64,000 nt of DNA from an uncultured Spirochaetota bacterium. GTDB taxonomy: Bacteria > Spirochaetota > Spirochaetia > SZUA-6 > CAVTHK01. The stretch lies in contig CAVTHK010000011.1 in assembly GCA_963734495.1 (NCBI GenBank), positions 256,001-320,000 of the forward strand, given 5' to 3'. Numbering within the stretch: position 1 is the first letter of the stretch; every line of letters starts with the position of its first letter. Shown here piece after piece: positions 39,938 to 48,982 of this stretch. The translations under genes and the position numbers were made by a program. The notes beneath the pieces are model-generated. The model was not told where the DNA came from. It did no database searches and worked only from the letters and a program-made list of their open reading frames with translations.

Positions 39938-42880
39938 ATCGCTGTCCTCCCGACGTGGCTGAACCTGGATTACCTGACCCTGATACGCTGGCCGTGCCTG
40001 ATCCTCTCGCTGAGCTGCACCGCGTACCTCTTTGCCCTCAGGAGCAACTACAGGCCGACCGTCCTGCTCGCGTGGAGCTTTGCCGGGGCCACGACGTTTC
40101 ACCTGGCGATGGTCCTCGAGTTCGCCGGCGACTGCTACTGGCGGCCGCACGCCCTCAAGACGCTCCTGCAGCCGATGCTGCAGATGGCCGGCCCGGCGGG
40201 CTTCCTGCTCCCGCTGCTTCTCTTTGCTTACGAATTCCCGCGCCGCGAGGAGAGCCTCGAGCGCGAGCGGCGGCTCTTCCTGTTCGCCTTTCTTGCGGTG
40301 GACGCGTTTCTGTCCGCGCTGACCGTCTACAACTTCGTGGTGCTGCAGAGGCTGAGGAGCACCTTCACGTTCGAGTCCGACTACTATCTGGCTCTCTACG
40401 TGAGCTTCGTCGCGCAGTTCTCCGTCGTCCTCGCCCTGCTCCTCCGCAAGACGGCGCGCCTGTCGGGCGCGGCCTCCGGGTCGCCCTGGCGCAGGCTGGC
40501 TCATCCGCAGGGCAGCGACGCCAGGGCGGTGCGCGCGGTTTCGGCGGTCCTGCTGCTCCCCTTCGGCTCCGCGGTCATCTGGGTGCTCCGATTCTGCCGG
40601 CTGCTGCCCGCGGTCGCCACGGCTTACCTCGTCTCCTTCTGCTTTCTCCTGTTTCACATGAGCTTCATCGTCGTGTACCTGAGCCGCACGGAGGAGCGCA
40701 CGACGCTCCAGGTCAAGCTCGTGGCCGGGTCTCTCGTGGCGGTGCTCGGGATACTCAGCATCGCGGCCGTCTACGCGGGAGTGCGTTTCGAGGCCGACTA
40801 CCGCGATCCGGACCTCGTCGCGCAGGGCGATGCGATCCGGTTCCGGCCCAACGCGCGCGGCAGCTACGACATCGCCGCCGGCGGGCTGCACTATGACGGC
40901 GAGCCGGGCGAGAAGATCGCGTCACCGCCTCCAGCCGGCGCGAGGCGGGAGATCCCGTTTGCGTTCCCCTTTTTCGGCGAGGCTTACCGCAGCCTCCGCG
41001 TCCTGCCGGGGCCTATGGTCTATCTCGGCGAAGACCTGCACGAGGACGGCTGGGGCGGGTATCACCCCCAGCCCGTGATCGCCCCGATCATCATGACCCT
41101 CGACCCCGACCGCGGCGACGGCGTGTTCGTCAAGGAGCGCGCAGACAGGGTGATCGTCACCTGGCTCGCCGTCCCGGAGGAAGGCAGCGACAACGTCAAC
41201 ACGGTGCAGCTCGGCCTCTACGCCGACGGGACGATCACGTTCTTCTACGAGACCCTTTCGCCGGACCTGAACTACAGGGCGACGCAGCTGCACGCGCAGA
41301 CGACGGCGGCCGTGCGCGGCCTCGACCCGGGCGCGGGCGGAGGCCATTCCGTGCCCTTTCCGCCGCGCCTGGTGGGGATCCACCCGGGCGGCCGCGACGC
41401 GGCGATGGAGCCGATCCGGTTCAAGCGCGACCTCCCCTACCGCAGCGGCGGCCGCGCCGCCATTTTCGAAGCCTACGACATACGCTACTACCGCTACATG
41501 CACGAACGCATGGCGTCCTTCGCCCTGCTCTTCGTCGCTTCGAGCGTGCTCGTGCTGTTCGCGTTTCCGCTCTCTCTCAGACAGAGCGTCATCAAGCCTC
41601 TTCGTTCCCTCTATGACGCGATGAAACAGGCGGACGACGGCGACCTCGGCGTGACGCTGGCTCCGGGGTACAACGACGAGATCGGGTTTCTCGGCCACTC
41701 CTTCAACCAGATGATGAGGTCGATCCGGCGGATACACGAGGCGTTCCGCTCTCTGGCCGACGACTCCCTCGACGGGATCCTCGTCGTGCTTCGGGACGGG
41801 AAGCCGGCGTACGCGAGCAGGGGCGTGTCGCAGATCACGGGCTACGCCCCCGACGAGATCATGCAGACCGATTTCGACGAGCTGCTGCGCACCGAGGAGT
41901 TCCGCGACGTCGCCGCGTACGTCGCGGGAGTCGCCGACAAGGGCGAGCCGCGGCACTGCGCCACGGAGATCACGACGGCCGCGGGCGTTCGCGTCCCGGT
42001 GGAGATCACGGTTTCGCGCACGCTCTGGCTGGGCGTTCCCGCCCGCGTGGCGGTCCTGCGCGACATCAGCTCGCGCCGGCGCGAAGAGGATCTCGCGCGG
42101 GCCCGGCTGGCGCAGCTCATGCGGACCGACAAGCTGATATCGCTCGGAGTCCTCGCCGCCGGCATGGCGCACCAGATCAGCACGCCGAACCAGGTCATCC
42201 TGTCCAACGTCACTCTCCTTCAGCGCGCTTGCCCGGAGCTCGTGGCGATGCTCGATGGTCGGTACGAGGAGGGCGGTCCCGTGGGCGGGCTCGATAAGGC
42301 GGATTTCCGCTCGCAGCTCCCGCACCTTCTGGACGCGATCGCCGGCTGCTCGCGGCGCATCGACTCGATCGAGAAGAACCTGAGAGCCTTTTCTCGCGAC
42401 GAGCCGGACAGGCCGCCGACGGAGCTCGACGTGAACACGGTCGTCCGGTCCGCGCTCGAGCTCGTCGAGACGACGATCAGGAAGGCGACGGCCAACTTCG
42501 AGGCGACTCTCGCGCCGGACCTTCCACCGGTCAGGGGCAACGCGCAGAGGCTCGAGCAGGTCTTTGTCAACCTGATCCTCAACGCGTGCCAGGCGCTGGC
42601 GGACCGCGACAAACGGATAGCGTTGGTCACCCGCCGCGAACCGGAGAGCAAGTCCGTCATCGTTGCGGTGGAGGACGAAGGCGTCGGCATCCCGCAGGAC
42701 CATCTGGACCGGATCACGGAGTACTTCTTCACCACGAGGCGTTCCTCCGGAGGCACCGGGCTCGGTCTCCCCATAGCCGACTCGATCGTGCGGGAGCACG
42801 GGGGCGCTTTGCGCTTCCGCTCCTCGCCAGGAGTCGGCACGCTCGTCGAAGTCGTGCTGCCAGGGGGGGCCGCTCCATGA
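39938..42880 (+). CDS. Multi-TM sensor histidine kinase (TM bundle, extracytoplasmic NIDO-like domain, HAMP, PAS, HisKA, HATPase)
   Basis: H-box AAGMAHQI, N-box QVFVNLILNA, DEGVGI, FFTT, GTGLGL; HAMP 'KPLRSL..DEIGFL..SFNQM'; frame open to ATC 39938 after AAGGAGG (first ATG at 40109). Confidence 0.9.
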   Translation: MAVLPTWLNLDYLTLIRWPCLILSLSCTAYLFALRSNYRPTVLLAWSFAGATTFHLAMVLEFAGDCYWRPHALKTLLQPMLQMAGPAGFLLPLLLFAYEFPRREESLERERRLFLFAFLAVDAFLSALTVYNFVVLQRLRSTFTFESDYYLALYVSFVAQFSVVLALLLRKTARLSGAASGSPWRRLAHPQGSDARAVRAVSAVLLLPFGSAVIWVLRFCRLLPAVATAYLVSFCFLLFHMSFIVVYLSRTEERTTLQVKLVAGSLVAVLGILSIAAVYAGVRFEADYRDPDLVAQGDAIRFRPNARGSYDIAAGGLHYDGEPGEKIASPPPAGARREIPFAFPFFGEAYRSLRVLPGPMVYLGEDLHEDGWGGYHPQPVIAPIIMTLDPDRGDGVFVKERADRVIVTWLAVPEEGSDNVNTVQLGLYADGTITFFYETLSPDLNYRATQLHAQTTAAVRGLDPGAGGGHSVPFPPRLVGIHPGGRDAAMEPIRFKRDLPYRSGGRAAIFEAYDIRYYRYMHERMASFALLFVASSVLVLFAFPLSLRQSVIKPLRSLYDAMKQADDGDLGVTLAPGYNDEIGFLGHSFNQMMRSIRRIHEAFRSLADDSLDGILVVLRDGKPAYASRGVSQITGYAPDEIMQTDFDELLRTEEFRDVAAYVAGVADKGEPRHCATEITTAAGVRVPVEITVSRTLWLGVPARVAVLRDISSRRREEDLARARLAQLMRTDKLISLGVLAAGMAHQISTPNQVILSNVTLLQRACPELVAMLDGRYEEGGPVGGLDKADFRSQLPHLLDAIAGCSRRIDSIEKNLRAFSRDEPDRPPTELDVNTVVRSALELVETTIRKATANFEATLAPDLPPVRGNAQRLEQVFVNLILNACQALADRDKRIALVTRREPESKSVIVAVEDEGVGIPQDHLDRITEYFFTTRRSSGGTGLGLPIADSIVREHGGALRFRSSPGVGTLVEVVLPGGAAP

Positions 42881-44316
42881 TGCGTCTCTTTCCGCAGGAT
42901 CCCGTGCTCGTCGTCGACGACGAAGCCCTGGTGGTGCAGAGCCTGACGAATTCGCTGCGCTCGAACGGCATCACGAACGTCGCCGGCTGCAGCGACGGCC
43001 GCGAGGTGCTGTCCCGGCTGCGGGCCGCGCCCGTGGAGGTGATCCTCCTCGACCTCACGATGCCCCACGTCACGGGCCGGCAGCTTCTGGACAGCGTCCG
43101 CGACGAGTTCCCCGAGATCCCCGTGATTGTCGTGACCGGGGCCAACGAGGTCGCCACGGCGGTCGAGTGCATGCGCGCGGGAGCCTTCGACTACATGGTC
43201 AAAGCCGTCGAGGAGAGCCGCCTGGTGAGCGGAGTGAGGAGTGCGATCGAGATCCGGGGCCTGCGGCGCGAATACAAGGACCTCTCCGCGCGGCTCATGC
43301 AGAACCGGCTTCGCCGGCCGGGCGCGTTTGCCGGCATCCTCACCCGCGATCCCGCGATGCAGCACCTGTTCATCCTCGCCGAAGCGGTCGCGCGCACGAG
43401 CGAGCCCGTCCTGATCACGGGCGAGACAGGGACCGGCAAGAACCTCCTGGCCCGCGCGATCCACGAGTGCAGCGCGAGGGAAGGCGCGCTCGTCGAGGTC
43501 AACGTGGCAGGGCTCGACGACCACTTGTTCGCCGACACCCTGTTCGGCCACCGCAAAGGCGCGTTCACGGGCGCGGTCGAGACGCGGGAGGGCCTCGTGC
43601 ACAAGGCGGCCGCGGGCACCCTGTTTCTCGACGAGATCGGCGACTTGACCATCGCCTCGCAGATCAAGCTCCTGCGGCTGCTCGACTCGCGCGAGTACTA
43701 TCCGCTCGGCTCGGACCTCCCGCGGAGGACCGACGCCAGGGTCGTGACCGCTACGAACCGGGACCTCCCGGCCCTCATGAGCGAGGGCAGGTTCCGGCGG
43801 GACCTGTTCTACAGGCTCTCCACCCACTGCCTGGCGATCCCCCCTCTGCGCGCGCGCAAGGGCGACCTCGCCCTGCTCCTCGATCACTTCCTCGAGGAGG
43901 CGTCGAGGGAGCTCGGCAGGCCGAAGCCCTCCATTCCTTCCGAGCTGCCCGTGCTGCTCCATGCCCACGACTTCGCAGGCAACGTGCGCGAGCTGCGCTC
44001 CCTGGTCTTCGACGCGGCGAGCCGACCGACGCGCGGCAGGCTGCCGCTCGCGGGATTCAAGGCGGCGATCGGGCCGGTGGCGGCGGCCGCGGCGGAGCGG
44101 CCGCCGGAGCAGCTGCTGACGTTCGCGGAGAAGCTGCCGACCCTCAAGCAGGCGGAGCAGATGCTCACGGATGAGGCGCTCAGCCGGTCGCATGGCAACC
44201 AGTCGATCGCCGCCGCGCTTCTCGGGGTGTCGCACCAGGTCATTAACCAGCGGCTCAGGCGGAGACGGCTGGAAAAGCCGCCTCAGCCCGGGAGCCGGGG
44301 CGCGCCGGGGGCCTGA
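42877..44316 (+). CDS. sigma54-dependent response regulator (NtrC/AtoC family)
   Basis: Receiver VVDD..LLD..KA; GETGTGK, GAFTGA, LFLDEIG, RRDLFYRL, GNVREL; Fis-like HTH. Confidence 0.95.
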   Translation: MMRLFPQDPVLVVDDEALVVQSLTNSLRSNGITNVAGCSDGREVLSRLRAAPVEVILLDLTMPHVTGRQLLDSVRDEFPEIPVIVVTGANEVATAVECMRAGAFDYMVKAVEESRLVSGVRSAIEIRGLRREYKDLSARLMQNRLRRPGAFAGILTRDPAMQHLFILAEAVARTSEPVLITGETGTGKNLLARAIHECSAREGALVEVNVAGLDDHLFADTLFGHRKGAFTGAVETREGLVHKAAAGTLFLDEIGDLTIASQIKLLRLLDSREYYPLGSDLPRRTDARVVTATNRDLPALMSEGRFRRDLFYRLSTHCLAIPPLRARKGDLALLLDHFLEEASRELGRPKPSIPSELPVLLHAHDFAGNVRELRSLVFDAASRPTRGRLPLAGFKAAIGPVAAAAAERPPEQLLTFAEKLPTLKQAEQMLTDEALSRSHGNQSIAAALLGVSHQVINQRLRRRRLEKPPQPGSRGAPGA

Positions 44317-44331
44317 AGGCCGCTTTCTTCG

Positions 44332-44376
44332 TTGACAAATCGGGGTTCCGGCCTTACGATAACTAATATATCAGTT
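44332..44376 (+). promoter_or_regulatory. sigma70 promoter with GntR-like palindromic operator
   Basis: TTGACA-17-TACGAT followed directly by AACTAATATATCAGTT (44361-44376). Confidence 0.75.
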
Positions 44377-44389
44377 GAGGAGGGAAGAG

Positions 44390-45416
44390 ATGTCGCGATT
44401 TGCCAAGCTCCTGACCTGTCTGGCGCTGCTGGCGCTCCTGGCCGCGCTTCCGGCGTTCTCGGGCGGGAAGGGCGAGGACAAGGCTGCCGCCAAGCAGTAC
44501 GTCCTCAAGTTCAACCACGTCCTCACGCCGCAGGACCCCTACCACGGCGCGTTCCTCAAGTGGGCCGAGGCGGTCACGAAGAGAACCAACGGCGGCCTCA
44601 AGGTCGAGGTCTTCCCGAGCGCGCAGCTCGGCGTCGAGGAGGACATCCTCGAACAGATCCGCCAGGGCGCCAACGTCGGCCAGAACACCGACGCGGCGAG
44701 GCTCGGCAACTACGTCGCCGACATCGCGTGCATGAACGCCCCCTACTTCGTCGAGAGCCTCGACGAGGTCCAGAAGATCAGCTCGGCGCCCACGTTCAAG
44801 GCGTGGAAGGATCAGCTGGAAAAGACGCAGGGCTTCAAGATCCTCTCCTTCTACTGGGTGCAGGGCTTCCGGCAGATGTTCACCAACAAGCCGATCCGGA
44901 ACCCCGGCGACCTCGCGGGCATGAGGATCAGGACGCCGCCCGGCCCCGATCTGGCAGGAATCGATCCGCGCCATCGGCGCGACGCCGGTCGCCCTCGCAT
45001 ACGGCGAGGTGTACACCGGGATGCAGACGCGGGCCATCGACGGCGCCGAGCTCTCCTTTACCGCGGGCTACAACATGAAGTTCGCCGAGGTGTCCAAGTG
45101 CGTCTCCGAGACCCGCCACATCCTCCTGATCAACTTCGAGGTCATCAGCAGCAAGTGGTTCAATTCGCTGCCTGCGGAATACCAGAAGGTGCTCGAGGAG
45201 GAGTGCAACAAGGCAGGCCTGGAGGTCTCGCGAAGCTACCTCGAGAACCTCGACGTCCAGTCCGAGAAGGATCTCAAGTCCAAGGGCGTGACGATCGTCC
45301 CGGCATCGGAGATCGACATCAAGGCCTTCAAGGCTGCGGGCGAGAAGGCGTACCAGAAGCTCAACCTCGTCGCCGCGCGCGACAAGATCTACCAGGAAAT
45401 CGGGAAGAAGAAGTAG
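44390..45416 (+). CDS. dctP: TRAP solute-binding protein DctP (frameshift near 44945)
   Basis: VEVFPSAQLG.E, QGFRQ, DLAGMRIRTP, YGEVYTG.Q..AIDG. Confidence 0.9.
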
Positions 45417-45429
45417 CCATCGACGGGGG

Positions 45430-45459
45430 CCGGAGGGAGGGGCGAGCCCCTCCCTCCGG
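45430..45459 (+). other. 14-bp inverted repeat (stem-loop) after dctP
   Basis: CCGGAGGGAGGGGC-GA-GCCCCTCCCTCCGG, no U-tract. Confidence 0.65.
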
Positions 45460-45478
45460 GCAGGGGGGAGCCCTCCGC

Positions 45479-46219
45479 ATGCTCTTGCGCGCAAAGACTG
45501 CCCTGGTCACCGGAGCGGCCCGCGGCATAGGCCGGGCCATTGCCCTGCGGTTTGCCTCCGAGGGGGCCTCGGTGGTGCTGGCCGACAGGCTGGACGCCGC
45601 GGACGTCGCCGAAAAGGTGACGCGAAGCGGGGGCCGCGCGTTGTCGTTCCGCGTGGACATCACCGATTCCGCGGCCGTGCGGCGCGTGGTGGCAGAATCG
45701 CTCGAGGCCTTCGGCTCGATCGATATCCTCGTCAACAACGCGGGGATCATCGCTCGCGGCACCATCCTGGAGCTGACCGAGGAGACCTGGAAGCGCGTTC
45801 TCGACGTCAACGTGAACGGCGCCTTCAACTGCTGTCAGGCCGTCATCCCTTCGATGGTGAGCCATCGCTTCGGCCGGATCCTCAACATCACCTCGGTCGC
45901 CGGCAAGACGGGCGACGTCACCGCGGCGCCCGTCTACGGCGCCTCGAAGGGCGCGATCAACGCCCTCACCAAGTCGCTCGCCCGGCAGCTCGCCGAGTTC
46001 GGCATCACGGCCAACGCGATCGCGCCCCACGCCATCGAGACGGACATGAGCGCGCAGTGGAGCGCGGAGAAGCGGGCGGAGGTGATCAGGGGCATCCCGC
46101 TGCGGCGGCTCGGCCGGCCCGAAGAAGTGGCGGAAGCCGCGGTCTTCCTGGTCTCCGAGGGCGCGGCCTTCATAACCGGCGAGGTCCTGGACCTCAACGG
46201 CGGGTTCTTCATGGACTAG
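45479..46219 (+). CDS. Short-chain dehydrogenase/reductase (FabG-like)
   Basis: TGAARGIG, NNAG, S..YGASK, ITGEVL. Confidence 0.92.
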   Translation: MLLRAKTALVTGAARGIGRAIALRFASEGASVVLADRLDAADVAEKVTRSGGRALSFRVDITDSAAVRRVVAESLEAFGSIDILVNNAGIIARGTILELTEETWKRVLDVNVNGAFNCCQAVIPSMVSHRFGRILNITSVAGKTGDVTAAPVYGASKGAINALTKSLARQLAEFGITANAIAPHAIETDMSAQWSAEKRAEVIRGIPLRRLGRPEEVAEAAVFLVSEGAAFITGEVLDLNGGFFMD

Positions 46220-46297
46220 GGTGAAGGGCAGGTCCGATACTGTGAGTGCGGCCCGCGCGGAAGCGCCGCCGTCTGCTCATTCGGAGGGTGCAGGATC

Positions 46298-46810
46298 ATG
46301 AGGAAACCCTATGAGGTGGTATGCAGGGCCGAGATGCTCGTCGCGAGGTACGCGCTGTTCGCGCTCGCCTTCCTCGTGTTCGCGGCGGCGGTGGCGAGGA
46401 CCGTCCGGCAACCGATGAACTGGGCCATCGACGTAGCCACCTTTCTCTTTGCCTGGTGCGTCTTTCTCGGCGGAGACATCGCCATCCGGGAGGACCGCCT
46501 GTTCTGCATCGTCGTGCTCACAGAGAAGCTTCCGAAAAGGACCCAGCTCGTTCTCAAGGCGGCGAACTACGTCATCATCGGGATCTTTCTCGCGGGCATG
46601 ATCGGCTACGGCTCCTGGCTGTCCTACACCACGCGGCTGCGCACGTTCCAGGGCATACCCGGCTTCAGCTACACGTGGGTCACCATCAGCGTGCCGATCG
46701 GGTGCGCCCTGATGCTGGTATCCGCCATCCGCAGGATCGGGGAGATCCTCGCGACGATCCGCAAGGGGACCACGCTCGAAAAGGGCGGCGGGGTCACCGA
46801 GATCCTCTGA
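46298..46810 (+). CDS. dctQ: TRAP small permease
   Basis: 4 TM helices, 'WAIDVATFLFAW..FLG'. Confidence 0.85.
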   Translation: MRKPYEVVCRAEMLVARYALFALAFLVFAAAVARTVRQPMNWAIDVATFLFAWCVFLGGDIAIREDRLFCIVVLTEKLPKRTQLVLKAANYVIIGIFLAGMIGYGSWLSYTTRLRTFQGIPGFSYTWVTISVPIGCALMLVSAIRRIGEILATIRKGTTLEKGGGVTEIL

Positions 46811-46828
46811 ACAGCCGCGGGAGAGAGT

Positions 46829-48112
46829 ATGACTCTGGTGCTGATCCTGTTCGTCGTCTTCATCCTGATGGGGATGCCGGTGGCCTTCGCCTTCGGCATA
46901 TCGGGAGTCGTGTTCTTCCTCCAGCAGCCGACGCTCCCGCTGACCATCCCCGTGCAGCTGGTGCTTTCCCAGACGCAGAGCTTCCTGCTGCTCGCCATCC
47001 CGTTGTTCGTGCTCGCGGGCAACCTCCTCAACGAGACCGGCATCACGGAGCGCGTGATGAAGCTGGCCTCCGTGCTGACCGGCCACATGCGGGCCGGGCT
47101 GGCCCAGAGCAACATGGTCCTGGCCGCGTCGCTGGGCGGGATCACCAGCTCGGCGATCGGCGACGCCACGATGCTCTCGCGCATGCTCGGGCCGGGCATG
47201 ATCAAGCGCGGCTACTCGCGCGGGTTCTCCGCCGGCGTCATCGGCTGCAGCTCGCTCATCACCACGATGATACCGCCCGGGATCGGGTTGGTCCTCTACG
47301 GGAGCATCGGCGAGGTCTCGATCGGCCGGCTCTTCGCGGCCGGGATGATCCCCGGGATTCTCATGACCATCTTTCTCATGGCGGCGGTATCGATGACCGC
47401 CCGGCACAAGGGCTACGTCGCCGAGCGGGAGAAGCGCGCGTCGCTCAAGGAGATGGCCTCGACCTTCGTCCAGAGCATCTGGGCCTTCCTCTTTCCTGTC
47501 ATCCTGATCGTCGGCCTGCGGTTCGGGCTGTTCACGCCGTCGGAGGCCGGCGCCTTCGCCTGCGTGTACGCCATCGTCATCGGGACCGTGGTGTACCGGC
47601 AGTTCACCTGGGAAAAGTTCGTCAAGACGCTCGAGAGCACCGTGGTGGACATCGGGATGGTGATGCTGCTGATCGCGCTCTCGGCCACGTTCAGCTACGC
47701 CACGATCTGGGAGCGGCTGCCGCAGCAGATGGCGGAGCTCATGCTGGGCATCTCGAACGTCCCCTGGGTCGCCATGCTGATCATCCTCGTGTTCCTGCTC
47801 CTGGCCGGCACGTTCATGGATTCGACGGTGCTGATCCTGATGCTGACGCCGATCCTGATCCCCGTCGCCGTCCAGCTCAACATCGACCTGGTGCACTTCG
47901 GCATCGTCATGGTCCTGACGCTGACGATCGGATTGCTGACCCCGCCCGAGGGGGCGGTCCTCTACATCATCTGCACGGTCTTCGAGTGCAGGATATGGGA
48001 CTTCGTCAAGGAGAGCGCTTTCCTGATGTTCTCGATCGTGCTGGTGGTGATCCTGGTGATCTTCTGGCCGGACATCGCCCTGTGGCTTCCGAACCTGATC
48101 TTCGGCAAGTGA
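46829..48112 (+). CDS. dctM: TRAP large permease
   Basis: LLAIPLFVLAG, IPPGI, FTPSEAG, HFGIV, GLLTPP. Confidence 0.93.
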   Translation: MTLVLILFVVFILMGMPVAFAFGISGVVFFLQQPTLPLTIPVQLVLSQTQSFLLLAIPLFVLAGNLLNETGITERVMKLASVLTGHMRAGLAQSNMVLAASLGGITSSAIGDATMLSRMLGPGMIKRGYSRGFSAGVIGCSSLITTMIPPGIGLVLYGSIGEVSIGRLFAAGMIPGILMTIFLMAAVSMTARHKGYVAEREKRASLKEMASTFVQSIWAFLFPVILIVGLRFGLFTPSEAGAFACVYAIVIGTVVYRQFTWEKFVKTLESTVVDIGMVMLLIALSATFSYATIWERLPQQMAELMLGISNVPWVAMLIILVFLLLAGTFMDSTVLILMLTPILIPVAVQLNIDLVHFGIVMVLTLTIGLLTPPEGAVLYIICTVFECRIWDFVKESAFLMFSIVLVVILVIFWPDIALWLPNLIFGK

Positions 48113-48161
48113 GCGGCCTGGCGCGCCGAGCCGCGGCAAGGTGCCGCGGCGCCCGCCGGCT

Positions 48162-48887
48162 TCAGGCCGTGCGCGCCCGTTCGGTCTCGACCTGGTATTC
48201 CTTCATGATGTTCTGCCGGCTCTGCTCCAGGTGCGCGCGGAGCAGCGAGACCGCGAGCGGCGAGTGGACGGACAGGTGCTCGAGGATCGCCTTGTGCTCC
48301 TCGAACGTCGCGCGCATTCCGTGGCACATGCTCAGCCCGTAGCGGTAGCTCATGCTCAGGTGAAGGCTGGTCTCGCGGTAGAAGCGCTCCAGGTACTCGT
48401 TGCCGGCGAGGCGGCAGATCTCGGTGTGGAACTGGTGGTCGAGCTCGATGTAGTGCCGGTCGGCGGCGCCGCGCTGCCGCGCTGCGGCCGCGATGGCTGA
48501 CATCTGCCCGACGATGCGGGCGAGGGGGGCAAGGTCCGCGGCCGTGACCGTGCGATAGGCCTTCTCGACGGCGAACATCTCGAGCATCTCGCGCGACTCG
48601 ATGGCCTGGAGCATCGTCTGCTCCGTGGGCCTGCGCACGTAGCAGTTGCTGCGGGGCCTGACCGCGACGATGTTCTCGGCTTCGAGGCGTTTGATGGCGT
48701 CGCGGATCGGCATCGGGCTCACGCCGAACTCGCGGGCGATCGCCTTGATATTGAGGGTGTCGCCGTAGCGGATGCGGCCGCGGATGATCTGGTCGACAAG
48801 GTGGTCGTAAACCATTCCGCTCAGGCTCGGTTGGGGCGCCTGCCCGACGCGGCGGACCAGGCGGCTCTTGCCGATTCGCCTCGACAT
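48162..48887 (-). CDS. GntR-family regulator with FCD domain
   Basis: HTH 'IAREFGVSPMPIRDAIKRLE', D.QFH, EHKAIL; TTGCCA-18-TACTCT promoter favours ATG 48887 over TTG 48896. Confidence 0.9.
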   Translation of the reverse strand: MSRRIGKSRLVRRVGQAPQPSLSGMVYDHLVDQIIRGRIRYGDTLNIKAIAREFGVSPMPIRDAIKRLEAENIVAVRPRSNCYVRRPTEQTMLQAIESREMLEMFAVEKAYRTVTAADLAPLARIVGQMSAIAAAARQRGAADRHYIELDHQFHTEICRLAGNEYLERFYRETSLHLSMSYRYGLSMCHGMRATFEEHKAILEHLSVHSPLAVSLLRAHLEQSRQNIMKEYQVETERARTA

Positions 48888-48982
48888 CTCGCTCAATAGA
48901 GTACCCGAAAGCCCGCAGTGTTGGCAACACGAACGCCGCCGCCGCGCGCAACTGGGGAAGGGCCGCGACTGTCTCTGGATTC

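Noticed and set aside
44375-46219. Apparent 614-aa DctP-SDR fusion
   Set aside because: A frameshift near 44945 diverts DctP into a junk frame; the real DctP C-terminus is in 45009..45416 and the SDR has its own RBS and ATG at 45479
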